Assembly: GCF_036971445.1 (NCBI RefSeq)
Contig: NC_091470.1
Coordinates: 190,278,001 to 190,342,000, forward strand
Direction of reading: 5' to 3'
Source: Narcine bancroftii
Lineage: Eukaryota
Length of the DNA stretch: 64,000 bases
Part shown: positions 12,509 through 24,060 of the stretch, piece after piece
How the letters are laid out: each line of letters opens with the position of its first letter
Position numbering within the stretch: position 1 is the stretch's first letter
Translations under genes and position numbers: made by a program
Notes under the pieces: generated by a model
What the model was told of the DNA's origin: nothing
Database searches by the model: none
The model's input: the letters and a program-made list of their open reading frames with translations, nothing else

Positions 12509-12788
12509 TGCAGCGAACCCAACGATCGGGCAGACAGCAAACGGGATAAGACACCTGCTCCCATAGGCCACAGGAATCGGCCAGTCACAGCCAGCAGATC
12601 GCAGATGGTCCAATCCAGGCCCGTGGATCTGGAAGCAGCCAGCCTCGCTCAAGCCACACCCTGGTGGTGACACAGCTGGCTGCCTATAAAAGGCAGAGCT
12701 GCGGCCCAATAAAGTCAGCATCGATTACACTGCCTTGGGTGTGAGTCTTCTTTCTACCTCGAGCTAGAACCTTAGCAACCCTGCTACA
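12509..12788 (+). mobile_element. Solo LTR (280 bp)
   Basis: TGCAGC...GCTACA termini, perfect 4-bp TSD GTAT, and TATAAAA followed by AATAAA. Confidence 0.9.
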
Positions 12789-13639
12789 GTATCATTTATT
12801 CCAGAGTTTGCAAATGAAAATACAAGGAGAAAAGGAAGAAAGTTTTATTTATCTATTAATAAAGTAATTATTAAACATTGATTATAAGGAGTCAAATATC
12901 ACTTTCATTTTCCCCAACCCCACAATTCTGATGTAAAATTAACACCAAGCATTTAATGTAAACTAAGATTTTTAATTTTTTAAAAAAGCTCACAATAGGC
13001 GCTGCATTCCTTAATCAAGGACAGCTGTAAATTGGGTGGCCATTTGGTGGGGGGTGGGGGAGGGGTTAAGGAGTGGAAACTGTGAGAAGGAGGCACAGGA
13101 AAGGACTCGCCAGAAGTATTCCAAAACGAGCATCATATACTTGCAGAGTTGCCTGCAAGGTGATGCTGCAGATTGAAGTGGCTGTGACCCTTGCTATTTG
13201 CGTGGACTGCCAGGATGAAGGATTTAGTAAAACACAGAAATCTGATGGTAGTAAAAACAGAGACACTGGATAAACTCAGCCAGTCTCACAGCATTCACAG
13301 GTGAAGCTACACGGTACGAGTTAAAAAAAAAGAGAAGGGCATCTGTGCAAAAGGCTGGGGGTGGAAGGGAAGAAAGGGAGGAGTGCAGACCATCAGAAAA
13401 AAGGTGCTAATGGGGTCTGAGAGGAGCACAAGAGAGGAAAGGTGAGAACTGATTTCAACTCTGGAAAATGAATCCGAGGGTAAAGGGAAGAGAGACAGAG
13501 CTGGAGGAAAGGTAACATGGGAAAAGATGGGGGGGGGGGGGGTGTAGAATGTGCCATGTGTAATTTAAGATACATATCTGCAGGGTGGGAAGGACGGCAA
13601 GGACCCCCGGAGGCAGGCCAGTGATTCACAGCTCTAGGA

Positions 13640-13863
13640 AAGCGCAATTTGATTTTTAATGAGTCGTCATTGTTGTAATTTCACAACTGATCGTCCAGAA
13701 GTAAAAAGACCTGCTTCAACTGCAGTGATCTAATTTTCTAAAGAAGTCACATTGCAATTTTTATTTTAAAGAAAGCTTTGAACTTTAAGCAAGTTGAATC
13801 AAAAGGTGATCTGAACTTGGCAAGCAGTTTTACTTGTTCAGCAATTTCCTTTTGTGTTCGTGG
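13640..13863 (-). other. B2M: B2M exon 4 (3'UTR); poly(A) signals AATAAA at 13760-13765 and ATTAAA at 13655-13660
   Basis: Strong acceptor ttcctcactcttctgttttgttttgcag| 353 bp after the exon 3 donor, followed by non-repeat AT-rich sequence with poly(A) hexamers. The 3' end is uncertain. Confidence 0.7.
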
Positions 13864-13904
13864 CTGCAAAACAAAACAGAAGAGTGAGGAATTGGATTGA
13901 TGGT

Positions 13905-14200
13905 CATAAGTACACAACAGCAACTGTGCTCAAGAAAGCAATCACTATCTTCAAGGACTCTCCCCAACCAGATCATGCCCTCATTTCACTCCGTCAGGAG
14001 CCTGAAGATGAACACAAGGACAGCTTCCTTCCCTCCACCATTAGATTGCTGAACCAACAATAAACCACAGACACAACCTCACTTCTTTTCATTTGCACCA
14101 ATTTACTTTTAAATGTAATTGAAAGCAATTTTTGCACCTGTAATTATGCCACAAAAGAACAAATCTTGTGACACATATTCATGACGATAAATTCTGAATT
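13905..14200 (+). mobile_element. Rex/Babar-type LINE 3' fragment in B2M intron 3
   Basis: Encodes IFKDSPQPDHALISL and KDSFLPSTIRLLN, followed by a typical 3' tail. Confidence 0.6.
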
Positions 14201-14231
14201 TCAAGAGTTTGCTTACCTGGGGTGCAACAGC

Positions 14232-14239
14232 CTAAGACT
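14232..14239 (-). CDS. B2M: B2M exon 3 coding part (E-S-stop); the whole exon is 14217-14239, 23 nt
   Basis: Branch-like ctaac and a long pyrimidine tract ending cacttacag|, then AGTCTTAGgctgttgcaccccag|gtaagc. Phase 1 gives GAG TCT TAG, the typical tiny B2M stop exon. Confidence 0.82.
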
Positions 14240-14384
14240 CTGTAAGTGAAAAGGAGGGGGGGAAGGGGGGGGGGGTGGGAAGAAGAGAAAACATTGTTAG
14301 TCTGTGATAAAAACAAAATCTGCACCAGTTTCCTGACGCCATCCTACACATGGAAAGATTCACTAATAACGGAGCCCCTGCCTG

Positions 14385-14819
14385 CTCATATGAGAAGTGT
14401 CTGACAATTCTTAGCCTGTATTTGTTGGAATTTAGGAGAATGATGGCCGGAGGTGGGGGATCTCTCATTGAAACATTTCAAATCTTGAAAGGCATTAACA
14501 AGGCTGATGTTGAAAGGTTGTTCTTCATGGTGGGACAAGAGGGCACAAATTCAGGATTGAAGGGTGTCCACTTAGAACAGAGAATTTCTAGCTAGAGGAT
14601 GGTGAATCTGTGGAATTTGTTGCCACAGGTGGTTGAGGAGGCCAGTCATTGGGTGTATTTAAAGCAGATTGATAGATTCTTGATAGGCCTGGGCATCAAA
14701 GGTTATGGGGAGAAGGATGGGCAGTGGGGCTGAGTGGGTAAATCTATCAGCTCACGACGAAATGGCAGGGCAGACTTGATGGGCTGAATGGCCTATTTCT
14801 GTTCCCATGTCTTATGATC
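14385..14819 (+). mobile_element. CR1 LINE 3' fragment
   Basis: Encodes YEKCLTILSLYLLEFRRM and LIETFQILKG, ending in the CR1 tail gggctgaatggcctatttctg. Confidence 0.85.
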
Positions 14820-14829
14820 ACAGAGAATT

Positions 14830-17800
14830 ATATCACAGCGTCCAAAACACCATGTTCCCCAAGGGAAGGGTGCAGGTTTAAAGGAAAGGCTGTAACTGAG
14901 GTTACTTTGATGGAAGAAACTGGGCCTGCCTTGAAGACTCAGCTTCAGATTCTGGTACCTCTCCAGCCCCGACTGTGAAGGCTTCGCGGTAAGAATTCAG
15001 GCTCCAGTGCCACCTTCAAGGGGAGCTGTGGAAGATGGCGCTGGAGCACGGAAGAAAACTATGGAGGTGACTGTAGAAACAACACGCATGCACGGAACTT
15101 CGTGCATGCGCACTACGGAAGTGACCGAGTCTGAGTCTGTGGACCCAACTCAGTCTGTGATTGCAGGTCAAACATAGTCAAAGCAAAAAGCCCGCCTGCA
15201 GTTTCAACCTTTGGCAACTTCAACGGAGGAGGGAGAAGAACCGGGAGTGGAAGAGGAAAGCCTCCTGCCACAATCACAGGGAGAGGAATCAGAAGGAGGT
15301 GGAGACCAATATATTCAAGGTAAAATGGGTGCAGATTATGTTACCCCAAAAACCTCTTGACCCACAGATTTTTGAAAAAATGCACTCAATTAGTCAAAAA
15401 AATGGATACAAATTTTTTACAAAAAAAGTGAAAGCCGTTTTTACTAATCAATTGGGAGCTATTAGACAAGAAATGACTGCCATGAAGACAAAGTGTAATA
15501 AAACTCTTGATAAAATTAAAATTAAAGTTCAAAAGTTTGAAGAAGATTTCCAGGAATGTCATATGAAGGTAGAAGAATGTAAAGATAGAGTTAAGAAGAC
15601 AGAAGATTCCTTTACGGCGTGGGAAATTCAGAAGAAATTTTTAATGCAATATGTTGGAAAATCAGAGTCGGAGAAATAATGTGAAAATTGTTGGTTTGCC
15701 TGAGGACTTTGAAGGCAATAATCCAGTTAAAAAAAAAAATCAAAATTGGGTACCTGAAATTTTGGGGCCAGAGAATTTTCCTAATGGTTTGGAACTTGAT
15801 AGAGCACATAGGAAAATAACCATATCCAGGACAACCACCACGCTCTTAAATGTCTATGTTACCAAGATAGGGAAATAATTTTAAAAATGGCAGTTCAAAA
15901 AGCCCAGGGAACAATAAAGCCCTTTTAATGATCCAGAATAATAGAGTATTTTATTTGTGCAGATCTGAGTAATGAAAGTGTCAAAAGAAGAAAAGAATTT
16001 AATCCAGCAAAATCAGTTTTGCAGAAGAAGGCATATAAATTTGCTTTTCGATACCCAGCGGTTCTTTTATGGGCAATTTTTTTCTCATGAGTGCGAGTCT
16101 TTGGAATTTGCCAATTCATTGTTTAATATTAAGCAGAATGGAAGGCAATCTTGTGTATGTCATGTTCAAATTCTGATAGAATTGAAACAGTTTTTAGATG
16201 GAGATTGAACTCATAATTATTAAGAAATGTAGAATTTTGTGATTTTTATGAGAAGTCAAATACAGATATATTTAGATACAAATGTTAATTCAGTTGATAA
16301 TAAATTTGTATTATAGGATGCCTTAAATGCTTATCTAAGAGGCCAAATAATAAGTCATTCAACTTAAATTAAGAAAAATTATCTTAAGGAAGTAGATAGA
16401 GAAGGAACCTTTGGGAAAAAATTTACAAAAAACCATCGGGGTGGCGGGGGAAAGGTTAGAATTGATAAATTCAATTCAGCCTTATAGGATTAAGAAATTA
16501 ATTGATAGAACTAAACAAAAATATTATGAATTAAGAGAATGAGCACACAAGGTTTTAGCTTGGCAATTCAAAAAAAGAGCAAGTATCAAGGGTTATTAAT
16601 GCTGTCAAGAAAAATTACATAAACTGCAGGATATAAATGATTCTTTGAGAGAGTATTACACTAAGTTATATTCATCTCTATCATGCAATAATGAGGAAGA
16701 AATTAATTATATTTTTGCACAAGCTTCAACTTCCATCTTTGAATTGCCAAGCTTGGAAAGATTTAGATTCCCTGTTTACATTGAAAGAAGTTATTAAGGC
16801 TTTAAATTCTATGCAAAATAGGAAATCTCCTGGTGAAGAAAAAAATTTAAAGACTTATTGATGCCTTTATTAATGAATGTATTAAAACAAGGACTGTAAC
16901 TTGCTTGTTATCAGAACTTTTCAAATGCTGTAATAACAGTTCTGCCTAAGAAAGATAAATGTTTATTAAAACCTGTGTCTTATAGACCTATATCATTATT
17001 AAATGTTGATTATAAAATTGTTGCTAAAGTTTTAGCTAATAGAGTAAATGAATATTTACCTGAGTTGGTTCATTTAGATCAATCTGGATTTATTAAGAAA
17101 AGATATTCTGCTGATTATATAGCTAATTAATTAGCTTAGTACATAGTTCTCAGAGAAAATCAGATTTAGCATTAGTTTTATTGTTCGATGCAGAAAAAGC
17201 TTTTGATAGTTTAGAATGGAATTATTTATTTAAGGTTTTACAAAAATTTTAATTTGGGCCAACATTTATGAATTAGATTATAGCTTTATATAGTTACTGA
17301 TGGACAACTTCCTTCTTCTCCTTCATTAACACGATCAGTCCTTTATCTCCTGCACTATTTGATTTAGTAGTTGAAACATTGGCACAATCAATAAGGCAAG
17401 ATGTTAGTATTAAAGGAATTAAAGTGAATAAAGAGTATAAAATTAGTTTGTTTGCAGATGAGGTATTGATTTATAACAGATCCTGAAAATTCTTTAGTTT
17501 ATTTATATAAAAAGTTACAAGATTATGGAGAAATATCTGGTTATAAAATTAATTGGAATAAAAGTAAAGTTATGCTGTTAGTAGAAGGAGATTATGATTG
17601 TTGTAAAATGTGTAGCTAAATTTAGGTGGACATGTAATCCGATTAAATGTTTAGGTATTAGAATTGATAAAAATTGTTAAATTTTGTTAAATTATGTTCC
17701 ATTATTTGATAAAATTAAAGATGATCTAAATAGGTGGAATGACTTACCTATTACTTTAATAGGCAGAGTGAATTCTATTAAAATGAATATCTTTCAAAGG

Positions 17801-19285
17801 ATTCAATATCTTTTTCAATCTATACCTTGTTTAGTACCCCCAAAAAAAAATTTTTTTAAGACCTTAACTTAAGTTTAAGGAAATTTTTATGGAAGGCAAA
17901 ATGGAGAAATAACTTGGAAATTTGAATTAGGCGGTCTACAACTTCCACATTTTCACTATTATTATAAGGCTGCACAATTGAAATTTATTAATGCAATGTT
18001 TGATTTAAATAAATCTTCTATTTTGGTGAATATAAAATTGATGAGAAGTCTATCTCCAAATTTATTTATAAGTGAAATTAAAAATTGTTAATTGGTAAGG
18101 ATCCACCAATTTTGAAATATGGAATAAAACTGATTTTATCAGATAGGTTGGAAAGGAAAAATTTCAGCGAAAATGCCTTTATATCAAACTAAACTTTTTC
18201 CTTTTACTGTAAATAATCCGTTTTTAAAGATATGGATCAATTGGGGATTAAAAAGAAGTTGAAGATTGTTTTGAAGCAGGGAAGTTTTTAATCTTTTAAT
18301 CAAATGAAGGAGAAATTTCAAGTTCCTAGTAATACTTTTTTATTGGAAAAATTAGGCCATAGTTTAAAATTACCTAGACTATCTGCTTTAGAATGATTGC
18401 TTACTAATAAATACATTTATATCTGAGATGGAAAAGTTATTACAAAATAATGCCCAAGTTGAATGTTCATAAATCAAGAATGAAATGGGAACTTGATTGA
18501 AATAGATAGATGAAAATGTTTGGAGAAACTTATGTAAGGATAGTACGATTAAGATTATAAATGTAAGATATAAAATATCTTTCAACATAATTTTTACATC
18601 AATTGTATTTAATCAGAAATTAAAGAAATTTGAATTAATTTCTTCAGATTTGTGTTTTAGATATGGACAAGAAACAGGTACTTCTTTTTGACTTGGACTT
18701 GTTCTAAGGTTAATAATTTTTGGATACAAGTTAAATTGTTTTTGGAGAGAGTATTAAAAGTGAGTTTACCATTTGATCCAATGTTATTTTTATTGGGGGA
18801 CATTAAGTCGATTGCTTTAGGATTGAGATTAACTATGTACCAAATTGAATTTTTACGTTTGGCTTTGGCTGTTTTGAAAAAATGTTTGGCTATTACTTGG
18901 AAATCTGATTTAGTTTTAGGAATGCAAAGGTGGTATGCTGAAATAAAACCCTGTATTCCTTTAGAAAAGATAACATATAATTTGAGGGATAAATATCATT
19001 TGTTTTTTTGTAAAAGTATGGAGCCCATATTTAAAAACTCTTTTGGTACTAAAATTTAATCTCTTGATCACTCTGGTGAATGTCTTGGTCTCTGCAGCCA
19101 AAAAGTTGATTATTGTTGTCCTTGGTGACGATCTCCTTTCTTCTTTCTTTGGGGAGGAGGGAGGGCGTTAGTTGGGTGGATGAAGGAGGTGGGGGGGGGG
19201 GGCGGGTTATTCAATTATATAATGTTTGTATCAATATGTTATAATTAATGTCATACGATTTAAAATTATAAAATATTTTTTAAAA
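14830..19285 (+). mobile_element. Degenerate L1 (ORF1 plus ORF2, endonuclease region largely deleted) in B2M intron 2, antisense to B2M
   Basis: ORF1 LENQSRRNNVKIVGLPE and LDRAHR. ORF2 [37 protein letters not shown] and PLEKITY. Confidence 0.9.
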
Positions 19286-19532
19286 TCACGTTTACGAGGC
19301 TTTGGGCCAGGCGTGAACAGGATGGGAATTAGCAGAGATAAGATGGGCAGAAAAGCCTGTTCCTGTGCTGTCATCTCCCTACTGTGTGATTTCAGGGATT
19401 AGCACTGCAACATTCTCAGCCTAGTTATGGATCAGGAGTTCAGGCCAATGTTGGAAATTAGAGTGCAGAAACTAGTCTGATGTTTCAGTGCAGGTGTCCC
19501 TTGTCCATAAGTCCTTCGACCGAGATTTTCTT

Positions 19533-20005
19533 TTAAATCCTGCAACCACAGAGGTCTGTGCCAAACATGGCGGCACTTGTGCTCGACACCGGACTAGGAG
19601 GGTTGCAGATTTCGGTGGTGCAGCAGACAGGTGATGGGGAAGAACACTGCCCCTCCCCCTGCTGAGTAGGAGAAACATAGGGGACAGCCCTACAGGTCAG
19701 TGACCATAGCAGCAGAAAAGCGAGGGGCTCAGCGGCTGAAGGACCCATGCAGGCTGCAGGGGACTGGCTCATAGGAACCAGGTATCAGAGCCAGAGAGGG
19801 GAAAGAAGGACTTTGAAAAGTCCTCGGGTACTGAAGGCTTCCTAATCGTGTGGGAGGTTTGGATCTGGAGCTCGGTTGGCTGATGGATTGAGGTCCATCA
19901 TGAGTCCATGCAGCTATAGGAGGGCTGGAGGGGAATCCACGGACACTCAGTGACTCTGAAGGGACTCATTTTGCTTCTCTTTCTCCTATTGTTAGGGATT
20001 AGTTC
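19533..20005 (+). repeat. Unclassified non-coding interspersed repeat (other copies about 8150-8325, 26770-27140, 28070-28922 minus, 38730-39185)
   Basis: All copies share the core ATCCACGGACACTCAGTGACTCTGAAGGGACTC..TTTGCTTCTCTTTCTC; two share the 5' end TTTAAATCCTGCAACCAC. Confidence 0.75.
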
Positions 20006-20009
20006 AGTA

Positions 20010-20716
20010 TAATTTTCTATATCTGTTATACCTTACACCACAGAAATTGAATAAGTTGAAGTGGTGACGACGTAGGCACATTTTTTTGCATTCTTGTCCT
20101 CAGGTGAGATCTTTTTGGGTGGATTTCGGGAATTTTTTGGAACGAGTGTATTTCTGCAAAATCCAGATTTATTTCTATTACGAAATATTGAAGAAACAGA
20201 ACCTAAATTAAATTTGTCAATATATCAACTAGAATTTGTTAAAGTTGTATTAGCAGTGGCAAAGAAATGTTTTGGAAATCAGATACATATCTGGGTATGG
20301 CAAGATGGAATGCAGAGCTGTATTCCTTTGGGAAAAAATTTACATATAGTTTGAGAAATAAATATGCTATGTTACTGCAAATTTGGCACCCATATACCCA
20401 AATATTAGATTTAAAATCTGTAAAATTGTCCTTCTTATGTCACTGGACCTGCAAGAATCTCCTCTGAATTGTATTAAAGATCTTTAAATATATCTTGAAC
20501 ATCTTTTGCTATTTTTCTTCTTTTATTATATATAACTATATTGCATTTTTTGTTCTGGTTACCTTGGGTGGGGGGTTGGGAAGGGGTTTTGGGGGGGGTA
20601 AATAACATCATGTATGTAATTTTTAATGTGTTTCCTTTTGAAACATGTATCATTATAATAATTATTATTGAATAATATGTGTGGGGAAACATTTTAAATA
20701 AAATATTCAAAAAAAT
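20010..20716 (+). mobile_element. L1 3' fragment
   Basis: Encodes LQNPDLFLL and LAVAKKC; ends AATAAAATATTCAAAAAAAA. Confidence 0.8.
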
Positions 20717-21246
20717 CAGTCAGATTACAGGCTTTATTAAGACTGAAGCCAGAAGGGGTCATGTCTAGTCTATTCAGAGGAGGGGTAGGGGAAGAGCTGA
20801 ACAGAATCTGGCATGAGACACAAACATGGGTGTGGTAACTGAGTAACTGGAAACAAGGCATCATGACGATTTACATCAGTAATATTAGTTACCTGGGAAT
20901 GTTCCAGAATTGGATCAAGTTCAGCTGGATATTAAGCACTGAGTTGGAGAGGAAGTTGTTCTTAGAGATGAATCGCTTATAGTAAAATGGGGTTAAGAGT
21001 GTGTGATGCTGTGTGCATTTAAATATGGTAAAGCTCCAATAATCTACAACCCAAACCCTTGCTGCCGATCTCACATGTGACATTAGACTCCCTTACAACT
21101 CATTCCCTTACAACTTCCTCATTCCCTCATAACTCCCTGGAGTACTGGTTCCCCTAGCATTCACATTGACCCTGGAGTTTGGGTGTAATACCATAGACAG
21201 TATCATCAAAAATGTAAAAGTAAACAGAAATTGTTTTAGGAATTAA

Positions 21247-21565
21247 GACCATAAGACATAGGAGCAGAAATATGCCATTCAGTCTGCCCCACCATTTAAT
21301 CATGAGCTGATTAATTTTCCCCACTCAGCCCCACTGCCCAGCCTTCTCCCCATAACCTTTGGTGCCCCGGCTAATCAAGAACCTATTAATCTCTGTCTTA
21401 AATACACCCAATGACCCGACCTCCACAACTGCCCATGGCAATCAATTCCACAGATTCACCTTCTGGATGAAGAAATTTCTCCGCATCTGTTCTAAGCGGA
21501 CACCCTACAATCCTGAAGTTATACCCTCTTGCTCTAGACTCTCCCACCATGGGAAACAACCTTTC
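21247..21565 (-). mobile_element. CR1 LINE 3' fragment
   Basis: Encodes ERLFPMVGESRARG followed by the CR1 tail; aligns with 14512-14819. Confidence 0.85.
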
Positions 21566-21709
21566 TAAATTTGAAATAAGCAGAAAGGAAAGTAATGGGA
21601 ATAAATTCAATGATCCAGAAAATCTACCAGTTAGCTCCCAAGTTCCAAGCATGCAGTGCTCTCCATGTTTTACTATGTATGATTTGCAACCAATGCACGT
21701 TTCACTCAC

Positions 21710-21988
21710 CCAATTTATATTTATACATCTTGCCATTGTGATGCACCCTACATCCGTATTCCTCTCCCGCCTTGGGGTGGAACTCGATGTATCTGAAGTA
21801 TATGAACTTCCAGTTTTGCTCAAAGGTGATGTCGGAATGGTTTGTGTTCGGTATCACCTCATTTCCTTGCATCAGCTCCAGTTTGATGTTGGGTGGGGTG
21901 AATCCTTTGGCGTAACAGAAGAGAACATTCTTCTCACCCTCCTGGATTGTGTTGTAGGTGTACATGGTGATCTGTGGTGGACTTACCT
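21710..21988 (-). CDS. B2M: B2M exon 2 (Ig C1-set domain)
   Basis: 279-bp exon between acceptor ttttgttcctctgtag| and donor TTGG|gtgagt. It encodes SPPQITMYT, NVLFCYAKGFTPPNI, SDITFEQNWKF and YGCRVHH, with the Cys pair and the D53/F56/W60/F62 equivalents. Confidence 0.97.
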
Positions 21989-22869
21989 CTACAGAGGAAC
22001 AAAACGGTAAACGTCAATCTCATGTAAAAGTTAACTATAGTTTCTCACCTCAGCAGCCCACAGGCTGAAGGTCCCGATACCTTGGTCACAAACTCATGCC
22101 TTAGTCCTCCCAGCTGCCCACAGACCGCAGCTCTTGATGCCTTGTTCACGAATGCATGCCTAGGCCCCAACCGCCTGGTGCTCCCGATGACGCAAATGCT
22201 TACTGTGGTCCTGACCTCTCCCGTACTGGCACCCACGCCAACTCCCACTTGAACCTCAGCCTCCGCAAGTTTGACACTACTGCTGGATCCCACAGGCTCA
22301 ACTCGCCCACGCCACACCTTACTCCCTCTCACCACTCCCTACTCAATCCCTCCTTTGAGATTCCCTTCCCCTACCCCCAATCCTTTGTGTTTTATTCTTG
22401 TGGTTTTTGTTACCTGGTTGGATGCATGTTTTGATGTGCAGAATCTACTTAATACCTTAACTCACTGTGTTTTGTTCTTTATCATTTAGAGATCATTTAG
22501 ATTTCTGCTACTGATTTTGGATTCTAGTGTGAATTTCAGTCCCATGTAATAAAGCCCCTAAATTTAACATTAAAAAGTGGTCTAGAAAATTTGACTTTTA
22601 CACAAGTACCATATAAACTCATGTAATAGTCAAGTTTTTTGGACCAATTTTTCAGGCCAAATTTGGGGGGTGGGAAGTCAACTTTTATACAGATCTCACT
22701 TTTCTGACCGCAGGAAGTACCTCAGAAGGCCAGGACTGGATACTAAGTCGCGCTCAGGGTGTCAGGAGCTTGGATAGGCAGGCAGCCAAGGTGAGGATCC
22801 ACTGTCGGGACATTGGGAGCTTGGATGGATGGGCAAAAAAAATGTGAGGGGGGGGAGGTCATGGGAGAA

Positions 22870-23065
22870 CATAGGATTTTACAGTAACAGGCCCTTCTGG
22901 CCCACAAGCCCGTAATGCACAAATTAACCTACAAACCCCATACATTTTTGGAGGGTGATAGGAAACTGGAACACCCAGAGGAAACCCACACAGTCTTGTG
23001 AAGAACATACAAACTCCTTGCATAGTGCCAGATTCCCAGTTGCCAGGATTGTAATACCGCTTCAC
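22870..23065 (-). mobile_element. V-SINE
   Basis: Same V-domain core as 150-378. Confidence 0.75.
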
Positions 23066-23389
23066 CAAAAAAAGTTCAAGACTGGCACCAACTCCTGCAC
23101 TAATCGAAGATCCCAGTGAAAGCTTACTCACTCCTCGATAGGCAGCCTATGTTCCTCTCCTCCAGACCTCATCTAACCTTATTCATTCATGTACGGAGTG
23201 AAAACACCGCTGGCAATGCCCAGCTGACCCTGGATTAAATGGTGGTGAACAGCCTTTTTGTATCACTGCAGTCCTGGTGAAGGTGCTGTGGCAGAGGGAG
23301 TTACAGGAATTCAACCTCACCACAGATTATATATTTTTTGGTCTGGATGATGTACGAAACCACATCATTGTACTTCCTTGCAGGTAACT

Positions 23390-24060
23390 CATGTCAAGTC
23401 AAATCAACTTTACACTCATCTGATTGTACAAGTACAACTTGACAAAACAGCATTCTCCAGTCCTTGCCGCAAAATACATGTACAGGTACACAATCCTTTA
23501 TCCGGAACCCTTGGGGGTAGGGGGGCAGTTTGTTCCGAATTTCAGATTTTTCCAGATTTCAGCCCTCCCGAATTGTGCTGCCATATCCACTCCCACCTCC
23601 TTCCATCTCCCCCCTCCACCACTCCCCCCCCCCGACTAGGGCTGCCGGTCTCCTCCCCTCGCCTGCCTGACTCGTGCTGCCGGTCTTTCCCCCTCGCCCA
23701 CCCAACTCGCCCTGCTGGTCTCTCCCCCTCGCCCGCCTGACTCACCCTGCCATCTCTCTTCCCACTTGCTGGATTTTGGAGCTTTCCGGATTTTTAGATG
23801 TCCGGATAAAGGATTGTGTACCTGTACAACCAGACCCAATAGACATACAAACAGTAGATATGTAGGACAACTCCTCATCTATACAAATGAATAAATATTG
23901 TTCCATTAATACGACAGTCTGGATGGTCAGTGAGAGCAGTTCCTTTGGTCGTCCAGCATTCTCACTGCCTGCGGGAAGAAGCTGTTCCTCAGCCTGGTGG
24001 TGCTGGCTCAGATCCTCCTGGATCTCTTCCCCGATGGGAGCAGCTGGAAGATGTTGCATG
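23390..24060 (-). mobile_element. Rex-type LINE 3' fragment (hosts a MITE)
   Basis: Minus strand has the ..ACCAGGCTGAGGAACAGCTTCTTCCCGCAGGCAGTGAGA.. C-terminal signature and a TTGACTTGA tail. Confidence 0.65.
23483..23824. mobile_element. pogo/Tigger-like MITE (342 bp)
   Basis: Perfect 24-bp TIRs CAGGTACACAATCCTTTATCCGGA, TA target duplication, and three internal ~35-bp tandem units. Confidence 0.93.

Noticed and set aside
12795-13079. Alternative last exon (acceptor at 13080, AATAAA near 12845 and 12795)
   Set aside because: The acceptor at 13864 is closer to exon 3 and has its own poly(A) signals; this one remains only a possible alternative.
20893-20975. Alternative B2M exon 3 (ataag|CGATTCATCTCTAA...CAG|gtaact, giving AIHL*)
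   Set aside because: The AAG acceptor is weak and the stop lies about 70 nt before the next junction, which would favour NMD. The 14217-14239 exon has much stronger signals. Not excluded without RNA data.
21702-21965. 87-aa ORF treated as a standalone gene
   Set aside because: It is the internal part of B2M exon 2; the Met is internal and the stop lies in the intron.
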